From a virus (taxonomy: Duplodnaviria > Caudoviricetes): a stretch of DNA of 54,951 nucleotides. A model generated the notes under the pieces. It saw only the letters and a program-made list of their open reading frames with translations. It was not told the origin of the DNA and searched no databases. Positions within the stretch are counted from its first letter, which is position 1. Each line of letters begins with the position of its first letter. Made by a program: the position numbers and the translations under genes. Below, one piece after another: positions 21,637-31,830 of this stretch. The stretch covers positions 1 to 54,951 of the IMG/VR virus record IMGVR_UViG_3300047157_000021. One strand, 5' to 3'.

Positions 21637-23544
21637 CTATGTTATGTCTACTATTTCACATGCATCACCAGTACAAGCCATAGTTTGCATTGCAGCGGTG
21701 TTATCGTCTTTCTCGTACTCAGACAGCCCAGCCCAATCAATCTTCTTAGGCATAGACTTTAGTAGCACACTATATGTATCCTTGTCTACATCTTGGTATG
21801 GTGCCTGTTGATATGTATGATCTGAGTGTGGCAAGAAAGACACACCTGACATTTCATCAAAGTGTTTGTAAACAAATGCACCCACTTCCATCCACTCATC
21901 ATCACGAACTGAAATAGTCACGCTTGGTTTATGCTCACACCAGTGCCGTTGGTACATAGCCAAGTCTCTAGTTGCTCAATCGCTGTCATATCATTGCGAG
22001 TGATTGACTTACGGGGTGACTTGACAGGGAAGCTAAACACAGTAGTCGTGTCTCCCTTCATAACACATGGCTCATTAGGAATGCCTTGATCCATCATAAA
22101 CTGTGTCAATGGATCTTTGTTATCACCACGAACAGTACGGATATAATAGGCACTATGGCGAGCATGTATCCCAGAGGCTGAATCCACCAGTTGCGAGACT
22201 GTGCCTGATGGTTTGACGCACGTAATTGCAGTGCTATGAGGTATACCAAGAGTGTCAGCAAGTTCAGCGTTAGTATTGACAGCAACTCCACGAAGATGTG
22301 CAAGGGTCTTCTCCAATCCTTTGTTCTCTGATGTAGTAATAGGGTTGTCCATGATACCCGTCAGTGATACCCCAAGCAAACGCTCTTCTTCTGTATTGTT
22401 CTTCCATACCTTACGTAAGTAAGGAAAGTTAGTTAAGGAAGACTGAATAGTACCAAGTGCGGTTGCAATCCTTACCTTTCGCTCCAAATCTGCGAGTGTA
22501 TCTGTCGCTCTGATAACAACTTCAGTAAGGTTGCAAAACTGATACGGACGTAGTATGATTTCGCTACATGGGTTAGTTCCAAACTCGATAGTCAGGGTTA
22601 CGTCTACCGTACTTCTTAGCTTGATTCTTACTAGCTTGCCTGTTGAATACACCACGCTCTCCTGATTTACTTTCTACTAATGCTTGCCACTCACGCATGA
22701 ATGTTTCCATGTCAGGCTTCTCTGTATAACTAACTGAGTTATTAGCTAACGCTCGCCAAGCTGCAGTCTCCCACCACTGGCCTGACTTAGCGTGACGCAT
22801 ACGGTCATCAGAGAGGTTAGACAAACTAATCATAGCACTACGGCGTACACCACCGACCACAACAATCTGACCAATGAAACACATAAGATCATGGCACTCA
22901 ATGCTTGTAAGCTTACGGCCCTGTGCATTCTTGAACGTTGTGATAGCGAAGTTAAACAGTTCGACTAACGGCGCTGGGCCACTGGCTCTGCCACCAAATA
23001 TTTTTAGTCTAGCACCAGCAGGACGAACACGAGAGACATCCCACTTGGGGATCTCACCAGCCCAGAGGAGAGCAAGAACTTGACGGAACGCTTTAGCCCA
23101 ACCTTCCTTACTGTCTTTGACAACGACTGTAGTATCACTGTAGAACAGCTCAGGGATCTCAGGAAGTTTAGTAACGTACTGACGCTCGACACTGAACCCG
23201 ACACCAGTTCCACACAAGAGGATGTACATAGCCTCATCGAAGGACTTAGGGTCATCTACGGGTAGATAGCTACAGTTGTAGCCAGCAGTGTTATCTCTGT
23301 CGAGGGCTGGCCCTGCAGTCATCATAGCTCGCATGGAAGGTGCTACCTCTAAGCCTAAGATAGCTTGCTCACATTCTAATGCAAGGTTATGTAAGCTGTC
23401 AGGTAGGACACGTCTTACTACGTTGTCTATGTATCTGCCTACAGTTTCATCCCATGTCTCACGTCTTCCTGCATCCTGTATCCACCTAGCATAGCGGGAT
23501 TTGTGGATGAACGACTGATAGTCGGTTGGTAAATAGTTATTCAT
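21637..23544 (-). CDS. nrdJ: Class II (B12-dependent) ribonucleotide reductase, split by indels near 22587 and 21958
   Basis: GYNCSY, VVVGGVRRSA, TNPCSE, TCVKPSGT, C-terminal CTGDAC; three ORFs join colinearly; no small subunit gene seen. Confidence 0.88.
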
Positions 23545-23551
23545 ATTATCA

Positions 23552-23710
23552 TCACTCCATAAATAGTTTCAAATGTTTTACGTCTAGGCCATCAATATCA
23601 TATATGTATTCAAGAATCAATGCCCTAATTTCTTCTTCAATATTTCCGTCAGATGGTACAGGGTATTCGTCTTCATCAAGCTCAAGTGTAAGAAATGTTT
23701 TGATTATCAT
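23552..23710 (-). CDS. 52-aa acidic hypothetical protein (not in ORF track)
   Basis: MIIKTFLTLELDEDEYPVPSDG...; ATGA coupling to the upstream gene. Confidence 0.7.
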   Translation of the reverse strand: MIIKTFLTLELDEDEYPVPSDGNIEEEIRALILEYIYDIDGLDVKHLKLFME

Positions 23711-23937
23711 TTCCTACTGTCCACTTCCTCAATCAAACGCTCTATGTACCACTTAGCTTTTTGTAGATCCTCTATTCCATTCTTGTAGTTCCAGCGCCAC
23801 AGATACTTGAAGCTATTCTGCCAGCAGTATGCTTCGTGTGCTGTTACATCAGCGTCCTCTACCATAGCTGCCATAGCGTCAATGCATTCTATGTTGGATG
23901 TATTGTAATGTGGTGGCTTGTTTACTACGTCAACCAT
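23707..23937 (-). CDS. DUF3310 (SaV-like) protein
   Basis: VNKPPHY..IECIDAM..N.FKYLWRW.YKNGIEDLQKAKWY. Confidence 0.88.
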   Translation of the reverse strand: MVDVVNKPPHYNTSNIECIDAMAAMVEDADVTAHEAYCWQNSFKYLWRWNYKNGIEDLQKAKWYIERLIEEVDSRK

Positions 23938-24298
23938 CTGTGTCTCCTTTGCTATTAAATAATACAGATATTACATTATCTGATACCCCTGCAACCTCAA
24001 TGGCTGGCTTAACTTTTTCCTTCTCTTCTTCTAGTGCATCGTCGATAGTTCTCTCTACCTCGTTCTCTAGTAACCTACGTACTGCTGAGTCTTCTTCCAT
24101 TACAGGAAGCGATGCACACATCATATGAGACAGCTTCATTAGTTGTGCATGGTCAAAGTCTGATAGCACATTGTCATCTGTAGTGCAAGTGCCTACCATT
24201 ATTTCTCCTGTCCACTCACCTTTTTTATTTAAGAAGGGGCTGATCCGTATGATGTAATCGTTCTGATCAAAGTCCATAAATATTTTTTCACTACTCAT
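23930..24298 (-). CDS. Hypothetical protein
   Basis: AAGGAG RBS, operon packing. Confidence 0.7.
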   Translation of the reverse strand: MSSEKIFMDFDQNDYIIRISPFLNKKGEWTGEIMVGTCTTDDNVLSDFDHAQLMKLSHMMCASLPVMEEDSAVRRLLENEVERTIDDALEEEKEKVKPAIEVAGVSDNVISVLFNSKGDTDG

Positions 24299-24299
24299 C

Positions 24300-24752
24300 T
24301 TATCTCCTTTTTATTTTCTTTAGAGGAAACTGTATCAAGGGTGGATGTTTGTCCTTACCCTTTTCATGCAGCCATTCCTCTGGAATAATGCGATCATGGT
24401 ACAGGAATTTATTCTTCTCGCACCACTGTCCATACGTAGTCTTAGCACCCTTACTTAGTTTAGCTCTGCTACTGGTAAATACAAAACGTATATCCAACTT
24501 AGGATGTTGCTTCTGTATCATTAAATGTTTGCGCCTATCGTCTGCTGTGAACCTGCCTTTAGTTTCAATTATAATACCATTCTTTAGAATAAAGTCAGGA
24601 GTATAGGTGCGGTACATGAGATCTTCCCACTCTATCTTAATGGCTTCGTACTTGAATGGATGTCCAAGTTCGTTAAGATAGTCTTTGTTTCTTACCTCAA
24701 GGCCGCTCCTATACCCATGTTTTAGGGCAGCAGAGTATTGCTTACCCCGCAT
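24300..24752 (-). CDS. T7 endonuclease I-like resolvase
   Basis: YRSGLE, YTPDF, IETKGRF..DRRKH, DIRFVF. Confidence 0.92.
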   Translation of the reverse strand: MRGKQYSAALKHGYRSGLEVRNKDYLNELGHPFKYEAIKIEWEDLMYRTYTPDFILKNGIIIETKGRFTADDRRKHLMIQKQHPKLDIRFVFTSSRAKLSKGAKTTYGQWCEKNKFLYHDRIIPEEWLHEKGKDKHPPLIQFPLKKIKRR

Positions 24753-24980
24753 TTAGATACGCCACAATCCATTCCAAGGACTAGGCAAACTACTTACAGT
24801 AGATACACCTAGTGATCGTAGCTCCTGCCGTATTACATCGTCTGCAGCCTTACGTGCTTCCATAGCTGAACGTAGTCCTGCATACTTAGCTTCGTGTAGC
24901 TGCTTCTTACGCTCTACAAGATCCTTTTCCATAGCAGTAATCTGATCTTGCATCTCTTTGATTTCGTCATCACCTAACAT
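24753..24980 (-). CDS. Hypothetical coiled-coil protein
   Basis: AAGGAG RBS. Confidence 0.7.
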   Translation of the reverse strand: MLGDDEIKEMQDQITAMEKDLVERKKQLHEAKYAGLRSAMEARKAADDVIRQELRSLGVSTVSSLPSPWNGLWRI

Positions 24981-24991
24981 ATGTTTCTCCT

Positions 24992-25831
24992 TTAATCTAT
25001 GTACGCAACTGTAGGTTTGTTCTTAGCCTGTGATACTCGTGATTCAGTCTCTGTCAACCCTTCAAAGCAACTGAACCTGTAGTCACAGAACTTACAGCTA
25101 TCATTGAGAATGGTATTACCCGTTGCCTTCCCCCTGAATGTCTCAGGTACAGGGCTGAAGCAACGCTTAAACTCATTACTCTCGACAGTATCAACTGTCT
25201 TATTCAATGTGGTAATTTCTTCTTTCATGTCAAGGGTATCAGCAGGAACATATTTAATATTTCCATTAGCTTTATTTACTACCCACCAGCCACCAGCCTT
25301 AGTGTCTGATGCCTTAGCGTAGCCAGCTAACTGACCTACATATCCAAATGGATCACTGTTCTTTAGTGTATCAAAAGACTCGAACTTGTTTCTATAACTC
25401 CAATCAGAGGCAGACTTAACATCGTCTACGGCACCGTCTATAATTAGATCATACGTACCGTTTACTTTTGTCTTGTCTAACTCAAGAGTTACATGCTCTG
25501 CATCACGATATGATACACCTGCTTCTTTTAGTATGCCCTTGAAAGCAGCCTCAACTATGTCTCCTATCAACATGTTCATTACAAATGTGGTTGGCTTGGG
25601 CAACGCAGTCTCTGGCTTGTTCTTCTCAAACCAAAGCTGACAGGTTGGCCTACCTATGTTAGACATACGTAAGCGAAACCCGTCACGCTTATTGCCCCCG
25701 CCAAACTGTTTACGCATTGCTTCCATAACCTCTGCGCCTACTTGTTGGATGGTGTCCTCTGACATAGAGGACTCACCCTTAGTCGCATTGACCAAGTAAG
25801 AATGAATAGACAGTTCAGCAGGATGGTTCAT
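24992..25831 (-). CDS. Cas4-like PD-(D/E)XK exonuclease
   Basis: RMSNIGRPTCQLW, GTYD..DDVKS, QLAGY, CKFCDY...C. Confidence 0.8.
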   Translation of the reverse strand: MNHPAELSIHSYLVNATKGESSMSEDTIQQVGAEVMEAMRKQFGGGNKRDGFRLRMSNIGRPTCQLWFEKNKPETALPKPTTFVMNMLIGDIVEAAFKGILKEAGVSYRDAEHVTLELDKTKVNGTYDLIIDGAVDDVKSASDWSYRNKFESFDTLKNSDPFGYVGQLAGYAKASDTKAGGWWVVNKANGNIKYVPADTLDMKEEITTLNKTVDTVESNEFKRCFSPVPETFRGKATGNTILNDSCKFCDYRFSCFEGLTETESRVSQAKNKPTVAYID

Positions 25832-26727
25832 TACACGAACTCGTCAGCGTCGATGTCAACGAAAGAGTCAACAAGCTCTTCGTCAACGTCATCATTCTTA
25901 TGCTTGTTCTCATCCCAAGCACCTAAGATGTACTCGTTGTAGTTTGAGATCCAAGCTAGGAAGTTAGCCAACGTTTCCTGTGAGTCACTATCTGCAATGT
26001 CGATAGTGTTTGCAGCATCTAACTGCACGTTAGGCAGATAGAAACAATTACCATTAGGTAACTCACGCTTCTCTGTGGTAGCAGAGAAGGTGTGCTGCGG
26101 TGGTAGACGCCGCATTTTTGTGAGTTGAGTAAAGATGCCGCCAACTGTTTTGAAGGCGTCACGATTCTCAATCTCCCAGATGAATGGGCTGGGCGCAAGT
26201 GTTACGCTGTTACCATCTTCATCTACAGGATCTACAAGCTCTACTGTACCAAGTAGAACACGCGCTCGTTTGATAGAGCGAATAAGATCCTTCATCGTGT
26301 CAGGCAACGCAGCGAAGTCTTCAATCCAACCAGAAGGTTTACCACAGTTGAAGCCGCCGTCGTTGTCCTTCATGTCACTGTTAAGGTCATTAGCCATAAC
26401 AGTTTTGACATAACGATTAGGTGAGTTGTCAGTGCCCATGATAAAACGCTTGTACATAAAGCGCTGTAAGAATGGGCGAATGATTGCACTACCAGCATAG
26501 TAGGTCTGGTCTTCTGGTACTTCTAGTTTGTATGTACCACCATCAACTACCTCAACCTTTACCATCTTACCTTTGACTTCCATCTCACCCATCAATGGGT
26601 TGTGGTGGATACGCAAACGTGGAAGGTTGCTAGACTTCTTCTTCTCAGAGGAAGGCATAGCGGTTGACATGCCCATCTGTTGGGCCATTGCTGCATAGTT
26701 ATCTGTTGCTGTTGTTACTTGTGTCAT
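25831..26727 (-). CDS. Putative single-stranded DNA-binding protein
   Basis: Acidic aromatic-tipped C-terminus (DIDADEFV); lies between polymerase and exonuclease. Confidence 0.6.
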   Translation of the reverse strand: MTQVTTATDNYAAMAQQMGMSTAMPSSEKKKSSNLPRLRIHHNPLMGEMEVKGKMVKVEVVDGGTYKLEVPEDQTYYAGSAIIRPFLQRFMYKRFIMGTDNSPNRYVKTVMANDLNSDMKDNDGGFNCGKPSGWIEDFAALPDTMKDLIRSIKRARVLLGTVELVDPVDEDGNSVTLAPSPFIWEIENRDAFKTVGGIFTQLTKMRRLPPQHTFSATTEKRELPNGNCFYLPNVQLDAANTIDIADSDSQETLANFLAWISNYNEYILGAWDENKHKNDDVDEELVDSFVDIDADEFV

Positions 26728-26765
26728 GTTTATATTCTCCTATATTTCATTTAAGACAGACGGTG

Positions 26766-26794
26766 GTTATATCACAGTACGTCTTTTGTGTCAA
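26766..26794 (-). promoter_or_regulatory. Sigma70-type promoter for the SSB operon
   Basis: TTGACA-17 nt-TATAAC on the minus strand. Confidence 0.75.
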
Positions 26795-28814
26795 GCCAAT
26801 TTGGGCCTATCTTTGCTTCTAATAATAAGGGTACGTTAAAGTCTATACCCCACTTAACATTTACCAGTTCTGCCAACCTGTCGTTTGCAGAGTTGATAAT
26901 GCGTAGTACTTTGTCCTCTTCATCTGGATGTACATCTATCACTAAGGAATCGTGTACAGAGTTTACGACACATGATTGCATCTTGTTAGCTGTAAGCATC
27001 TTGTCTACATATATCAGAGATATAGGTACGATGTCAGCGGTTGCGAACGATTGCACAGGATAATTTTTAATCTGTGTGAAAAATGTCACACCCCCATGCT
27101 TACGTCTGGTTACATCTGGGAATGCGAACTCACGTCCAGATGGTGTAGTGATCTTGCCTGTGTTGAGGGCTTCTTTGGCTAGAGCCTGATGCCACATACC
27201 AATACCAGAATACTTAGTAGTGAACTGGTTGTAGTACGCAGCCTCTGCCTTGGATCTACCAAAGCCACTGGCACCATACAGAGGTGCGAATGTGTGGGCC
27301 TTAGCTTCCTGTCTGGTCATAGGCTGACCCGCCTCGCTGATAACCTTGGCGGTGTAGCTATGAACGTCGAAGCCAGTAGATACTTCCTTGATGGCTGTAG
27401 TGTCTTGCGCTAGGAATGCAGCGACACGAAACTCAAGCTGGGCCATGTCAGCTTCAATAACTTTACCACCTTCCCAACGTGATATGAATACACGCTTGAC
27501 TGGGAACGTACCACCACGTGGCATGTTCTGCATGTTAGGATTGCGACCTGACAACCGACCAGTAGAGGTGCGGTGCTGTTGCAAGTTCACGTGCAGCATA
27601 CCGTTAGACTTAGTAAAGTCCTCGATGCCACCGACAAAACTCTTGAGGTATGTCTCGACAGCAGACAATCTACGCACGTTCTGTAAGAAGCGCTCAGCAT
27701 CCTTCATGCCTTTGGATCTAGCCACACCCTCAAGGTGCACGAGGTTGTCTTTGCTAGTGCCCCAGCCAGCGTTACTGATCCACTTAGCTGTAGGTGCTAC
27801 GAACCTCAGTCCAGCAACAGTATTGGTATCAGTGTATATAAAGCCAGTAGCGTCACAATTAGTACATCTATTAGTTCTAGCGAATGGAGTTCCATCTTTC
27901 TTTACCTTTCGTACTTGTCCTGTACCATAGCAATCTCTGCATTGATGTGCTTTCTGTTTGAATAGTTTCTCTGAGTGCTGCGATACAGTGGATCTGTACT
28001 CAGAGTCAGGCATACGCTCATCAAATAGATCTGCCCAAACCTTCTTGTCGTATGGCTTGCGGCTGTAGATAACCATAGACAACTGCTCTGTGCTGTTGAC
28101 GTTGACAGGTCTGTCACCCATGAGGTCACTGGCCTGTTCTTCCAAGGCAAACAGTAGCTCATTACGCTCACGCTCAAAGTCATCCTTAACCCTGTACAAC
28201 TCTTCCATGTCAACCTTGAAGCCCCGCTGATAGATACGGGCAAGGTGTACGACAAGCTGTTGCGTCAGCTTGAGTGTGGGTATAAGACCCATAGCATCTT
28301 CGTAACGTGCACTCTGGTTCTGATACAACTGATATGTAGCCTGAAGGTCAGAGATTAGGTACGAAGATAGTTCGTCGTGTGGCATCTCACGTACTGAGTT
28401 ACCATCCTTGAGCCACGCCTTGAGGCTGTCCTGCTTCTGTGTCTCAAGCTCATGTCGTTCAGCACATGCCTCAAGTGACAGAGGTTCTTTCTGTCCACGC
28501 TGCAGTATGTACTCACCCAGCATGGTGTCGTAGACAGGCCCATCATAGGTGAAGCCTGACTCCCACAACCATACTAGATCGTGTGTAGCATTGTGGGCAA
28601 TGAGCAGTGTAGTGAGGTCAAGAGTATCTTGTACCATCTTGTGCCCATCAGGTGTAGGCTCTACGTCTGCATGATCAAATGTAATTACATCTGTAGTGCC
28701 GTCAGTACCTAGCATACCCACCATAACCAAAGAGTTCTCTGGTTCAAATGGATCTAGGTGTAGTTTCTTGTTACGTTTTACTGTTGTGTTTTCTACGTCG
28801 AGGGTCAGTATCAT
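26772..28814 (-). CDS. polA: Family A DNA polymerase with 3'-5' exonuclease and DnaJ-like zinc-finger insert
   Basis: LDVE, HNATHD, ADMAQLEFR, RQEAKAHTFAPLYG, VHDS; CRDCYGTG...CTNCDATG. Confidence 0.96.
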   Translation of the reverse strand: MILTLDVENTTVKRNKKLHLDPFEPENSLVMVGMLGTDGTTDVITFDHADVEPTPDGHKMVQDTLDLTTLLIAHNATHDLVWLWESGFTYDGPVYDTMLGEYILQRGQKEPLSLEACAERHELETQKQDSLKAWLKDGNSVREMPHDELSSYLISDLQATYQLYQNQSARYEDAMGLIPTLKLTQQLVVHLARIYQRGFKVDMEELYRVKDDFERERNELLFALEEQASDLMGDRPVNVNSTEQLSMVIYSRKPYDKKVWADLFDERMPDSEYRSTVSQHSEKLFKQKAHQCRDCYGTGQVRKVKKDGTPFARTNRCTNCDATGFIYTDTNTVAGLRFVAPTAKWISNAGWGTSKDNLVHLEGVARSKGMKDAERFLQNVRRLSAVETYLKSFVGGIEDFTKSNGMLHVNLQQHRTSTGRLSGRNPNMQNMPRGGTFPVKRVFISRWEGGKVIEADMAQLEFRVAAFLAQDTTAIKEVSTGFDVHSYTAKVISEAGQPMTRQEAKAHTFAPLYGASGFGRSKAEAAYYNQFTTKYSGIGMWHQALAKEALNTGKITTPSGREFAFPDVTRRKHGGVTFFTQIKNYPVQSFATADIVPISLIYVDKMLTANKMQSCVVNSVHDSLVIDVHPDEEDKVLRIINSANDRLAELVNVKWGIDFNVPLLLEAKIGPNWLDTKDVL

Positions 28815-28822
28815 ATTATCTC

Positions 28823-29077
28823 CTAAGTTATATTGCCATCATGCCATGTATCCCAATCATCTTCTATTCCATTCTTGTATACCTTGTCAAGATGCTCGTG
28901 AAACTTTTTATCTTCCGCAAAGGAATCTATGGCATTTATGCACTCTTCTAGTGTCAACTCGTTACGTACCATTGCATTGTGTAGGCGTATCTCACATATT
29001 GATTTTGCTGTAGTCATATTACTAAGTCTCCTTTCTGTTGCACGTTCTCTTTCCTCTTGTGTCATAGGTCTAATCAT
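28823..29077 (-). CDS. Hypothetical protein
   Basis: ATGA coupling. Confidence 0.65.
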   Translation of the reverse strand: MIRPMTQEERERATERRLSNMTTAKSICEIRLHNAMVRNELTLEECINAIDSFAEDKKFHEHLDKVYKNGIEDDWDTWHDGNIT

Positions 29078-29295
29078 CTACCCGCTTCCTCTAAACAAAA
29101 ACCACAAGTACTATTCTGCGCTGGGCCACCGCAAGTTAAACAAGTCTGCCACTTCTCATCTTCCAGACCTCTCTTTACTAATGTTACAAACCCTACGTCA
29201 AAGATAGCCATGAATGTCTCAGGGTCACACTCTACTTGTAGTGTAGCACTACCGTCCTCGTGTTCTTCTATGTCTGTTACTTTTATTTTACTCAT
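29074..29295 (-). CDS. Hypothetical protein with C-terminal CxxC..CxxC
   Basis: AGGAG RBS; CLTC...CGFC. Confidence 0.7.
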   Translation of the reverse strand: MSKIKVTDIEEHEDGSATLQVECDPETFMAIFDVGFVTLVKRGLEDEKWQTCLTCGGPAQNSTCGFCLEEAGR

Positions 29296-29446
29296 TGTTT
29301 ACTCCTATACATGGTAGCAAGATTGATAGCTTACAATACTTTGGATACTCGTCATACGTCATAGCTATCAGTACTGGTGGTGCAGCGATCAGTAAAGCTA
29401 CAATAGCTGACGCCTTGATTGCACCGTTAATGTTACCTCTCATCAT
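29288..29446 (-). CDS. 52-aa membrane-anchored protein (not in ORF track)
   Basis: MMRGNINGAIKASAIVALLIAAPPVLIAMTYDEYPKYCKLSILLPCIGVNNE; ATGA coupling to thyX; GGGAG RBS. Confidence 0.65.
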   Translation of the reverse strand: MMRGNINGAIKASAIVALLIAAPPVLIAMTYDEYPKYCKLSILLPCIGVNNE

Positions 29447-30096
29447 TCATTCTCCCTTAATGCTTTCCATGATACAGGGAACAGCTTAGCCATCTCTGTG
29501 TCAATGTGACCAGCTACAACCTGTGTCTCGTACTGTGTGTCAGGCTTACAACGTAGGTTGCACATGTCAGCAAATGCATCCAAGCTACCTGACCAGTACC
29601 ACTCAGTGACCATGCTCTGAGGCAGTACCATACGTGCTTGCTCTGGGCATACACCATGTTCTAATAACTCGTTGTAACTGCGTAGTGTAGTGTGGTTGTA
29701 AAAACTTATGATGTCAGGATCAGGATAAGTGACCCCTTCACTACCCTGTTTAGCATCTACGCTACGTCCACGCCACTCTGTTGGCTGATAGAACTCAGGC
29801 TCATGGTCAACATACCTACGGCTGATCTCATTCCACCGTAGGAACTTATGCTTGACTAGCTGACGTGCCACAAACACAGGTGCCTTAACGTGGAAGCTGG
29901 CAAAGCAGTGCCCAAAGGGGCTGATGTGCTTGTGCTTGGCGAGGTAACGTATGAGCTTGGCATCCTTGTCTTTCAACTTAGGTGGCCCCCATACGTCACT
30001 CGTATCCATCTCGCTACGCTTACCAAAACTTACTCTTGCCGCATTAGCCACAGATAAGTCTGTACCCATGTGGTCTACGTAAAATGTTTGTATCAT
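29443..30096 (-). CDS. thyX: Flavin-dependent thymidylate synthase
   Basis: ANAARVSF, HISPF, ARQLVKH..WNEISRRY, EQARMVLP. Confidence 0.95.
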   Translation of the reverse strand: MIQTFYVDHMGTDLSVANAARVSFGKRSEMDTSDVWGPPKLKDKDAKLIRYLAKHKHISPFGHCFASFHVKAPVFVARQLVKHKFLRWNEISRRYVDHEPEFYQPTEWRGRSVDAKQGSEGVTYPDPDIISFYNHTTLRSYNELLEHGVCPEQARMVLPQSMVTEWYWSGSLDAFADMCNLRCKPDTQYETQVVAGHIDTEMAKLFPVSWKALRENE

Positions 30097-30182
30097 TTAT
30101 TTACCTCGCTAATTATTATATATACTATACCGCAGATAAGAAATAACAGTATCATAAGTGCTGTCAATGCTTCTCCTATCAT
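30093..30182 (-). CDS. 29-aa single-TM peptide (not in ORF track)
   Basis: MIGEALTALMILLFLICGIVYIIISEVNK; ATGA overlaps at both ends. Confidence 0.7.
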   Translation of the reverse strand: MIGEALTALMILLFLICGIVYIIISEVNK

Positions 30183-30610
30183 CCTACTCTCCCCACAAAC
30201 TTAGCTATGTGGTTTACGAATGGCAATAGACTTAGTGCCATCAAAAGATTAACACCAGTGTGTATCAGTGCAATACGCAAGGTGTCTCCTCTTGGCATAC
30301 CGTCAGACACTAACAGACCAGCCAACCAGATCGTACCTGTAGTACCTATGTTAGCCCCAAGCACAGCAGCCACAGCAGAAGGTAAGGGTAGCACACCTGA
30401 TGCAACCAAGGCGATGATAGCTGTAGTGCTAAGACTACTACTCTGCCATGCCAGTGTCATAACGATTGCCCCAAAGAACATGTAGATAGGATTGCCCAAG
30501 AACCACTGCAAGTGATCTATGTTACCCATGCTTTTCATACCGCCGCTAAACATCTTGAGGCCAATGTAAAATACCACAAGCCCAATGCTTGTATACAAAT
30601 AGTTGTTCAT
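30179..30610 (-). CDS. Na+/Pi cotransporter family protein, single repeat
   Basis: QSSS...GANIGTT signature of NptA/SLC34 repeats; strongly hydrophobic. Confidence 0.85.
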   Translation of the reverse strand: MNNYLYTSIGLVVFYIGLKMFSGGMKSMGNIDHLQWFLGNPIYMFFGAIVMTLAWQSSSLSTTAIIALVASGVLPLPSAVAAVLGANIGTTGTIWLAGLLVSDGMPRGDTLRIALIHTGVNLLMALSLLPFVNHIAKFVGRVG

Positions 30611-31830
30611 GCTACGTACCTTCCTATCTTGTATTCCAAATCAGTGTGCACAATACCATGCCACCCTGACAATTTGTTCTTTACCACATTGATGTGGCGT
30701 TGGTTATCTTCTTCCTCTTGCCCTTCAACTGTAGGGTTCTTAGAGATCATCAGCATGAGGTCAGCTTCCGCTGCCTTACCTGTACGTGAGCCTTCCATCA
30801 TAGCTTGGTTGAGTACAACCTTACCCTCTGCATCAGCAGATAGCTGAGACATGTAGAACATGGCACACTCTTGCTGCTTGGCAATCTGCCTTGCATGAAT
30901 AGCGTTAGCTTTGAGTGCTTCGTCAGGACGTGAGAAGCCAGCAGTGCGAGCAAACTTGTCACCCATGTCTAGTATAACTATGTCAGGCTTGTATGACTTG
31001 CACACAGACTCGACCCAGTTCATGTCACGTCCTGTTGCATCCTTGAACATCAACTGTGGACGTATCTTGTTGAACATAGCTAGAGCCTTGTCTCTGTTCT
31101 TAGCTACCTCATACTTGTCCATGCCAGTACATGCTGTAATGTAGCGGTGTACTACACGATGATAGCCTTCTTCATTGCACATGATAACGACACGTGCGCC
31201 CTGTGCACAGAAGCCATTAGGCCCAGCTACAAGTGAGGCATGGAAGGATGTCTTACCTGTGTTAGGGCGCGCCCCTACCTCTACCAAGTGACCAGCATTG
31301 ATGCCCTCAACCTTACGTGTAAGGGTTGGGATGTTGAACGTCCAACGTGTCTCAAGGTCATTGAGTGCAAGGATAGTGTCAAGGTCAATGTCTTCCCACT
31401 CCACCTTGAGGTTAGGCGTGAAGTCATCGCCGTACTGCTCAAGCATAAGGCGTAATGGCTCCAACGTAGACTTGCTACCGTTGACATAATCAAAGCCAAG
31501 ATTGGCAATGTCCTCACCAATTACCTGTTGAAATAACTTAGATAGCACCTCTTGTGCTATGTCACTGCCCATAGGTACTTCTTTGGCTACCTTGTAGAAC
31601 AAGGCAGAGTACGCCTGTTTCTGTGCTGTAGTAAGTGTAGGGTTGTTAGCCATGAACAAGGCTTCGATTTCAGCAGGAGTGACGCTACGCTCGTAGGTTG
31701 ACATAGCCTTGTCGATAGACTGCTTGATCTTCTGAACGTCTTTACTGAACAAGCGATCAGGACAACGTGCACCTCGATGCTCGTCGTAAAATTCCTTGTC
31801 CATAAGACTGCGGATGAGTGATAGTTCCAT
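30607..31830 (-). CDS. DnaB/T7 gp4-like replicative helicase
   Basis: Walker A GARPNTGKTS, VILD, SQLS, KNKLSG. Confidence 0.9.
   Translation of the reverse strand: MELSLIRSLMDKEFYDEHRGARCPDRLFSKDVQKIKQSIDKAMSTYERSVTPAEIEALFMANNPTLTTAQKQAYSALFYKVAKEVPMGSDIAQEVLSKLFQQVIGEDIANLGFDYVNGSKSTLEPLRLMLEQYGDDFTPNLKVEWEDIDLDTILALNDLETRWTFNIPTLTRKVEGINAGHLVEVGARPNTGKTSFHASLVAGPNGFCAQGARVVIMCNEEGYHRVVHRYITACTGMDKYEVAKNRDKALAMFNKIRPQLMFKDATGRDMNWVESVCKSYKPDIVILDMGDKFARTAGFSRPDEALKANAIHARQIAKQQECAMFYMSQLSADAEGKVVLNQAMMEGSRTGKAAEADLMLMISKNPTVEGQEEEDNQRHINVVKNKLSGWHGIVHTDLEYKIGRYVA

Noticed and set aside
24992-25831. Cas4 as evidence of a CRISPR system
   Set aside because: Stand-alone Cas4-like exonucleases are ordinary phage replication genes
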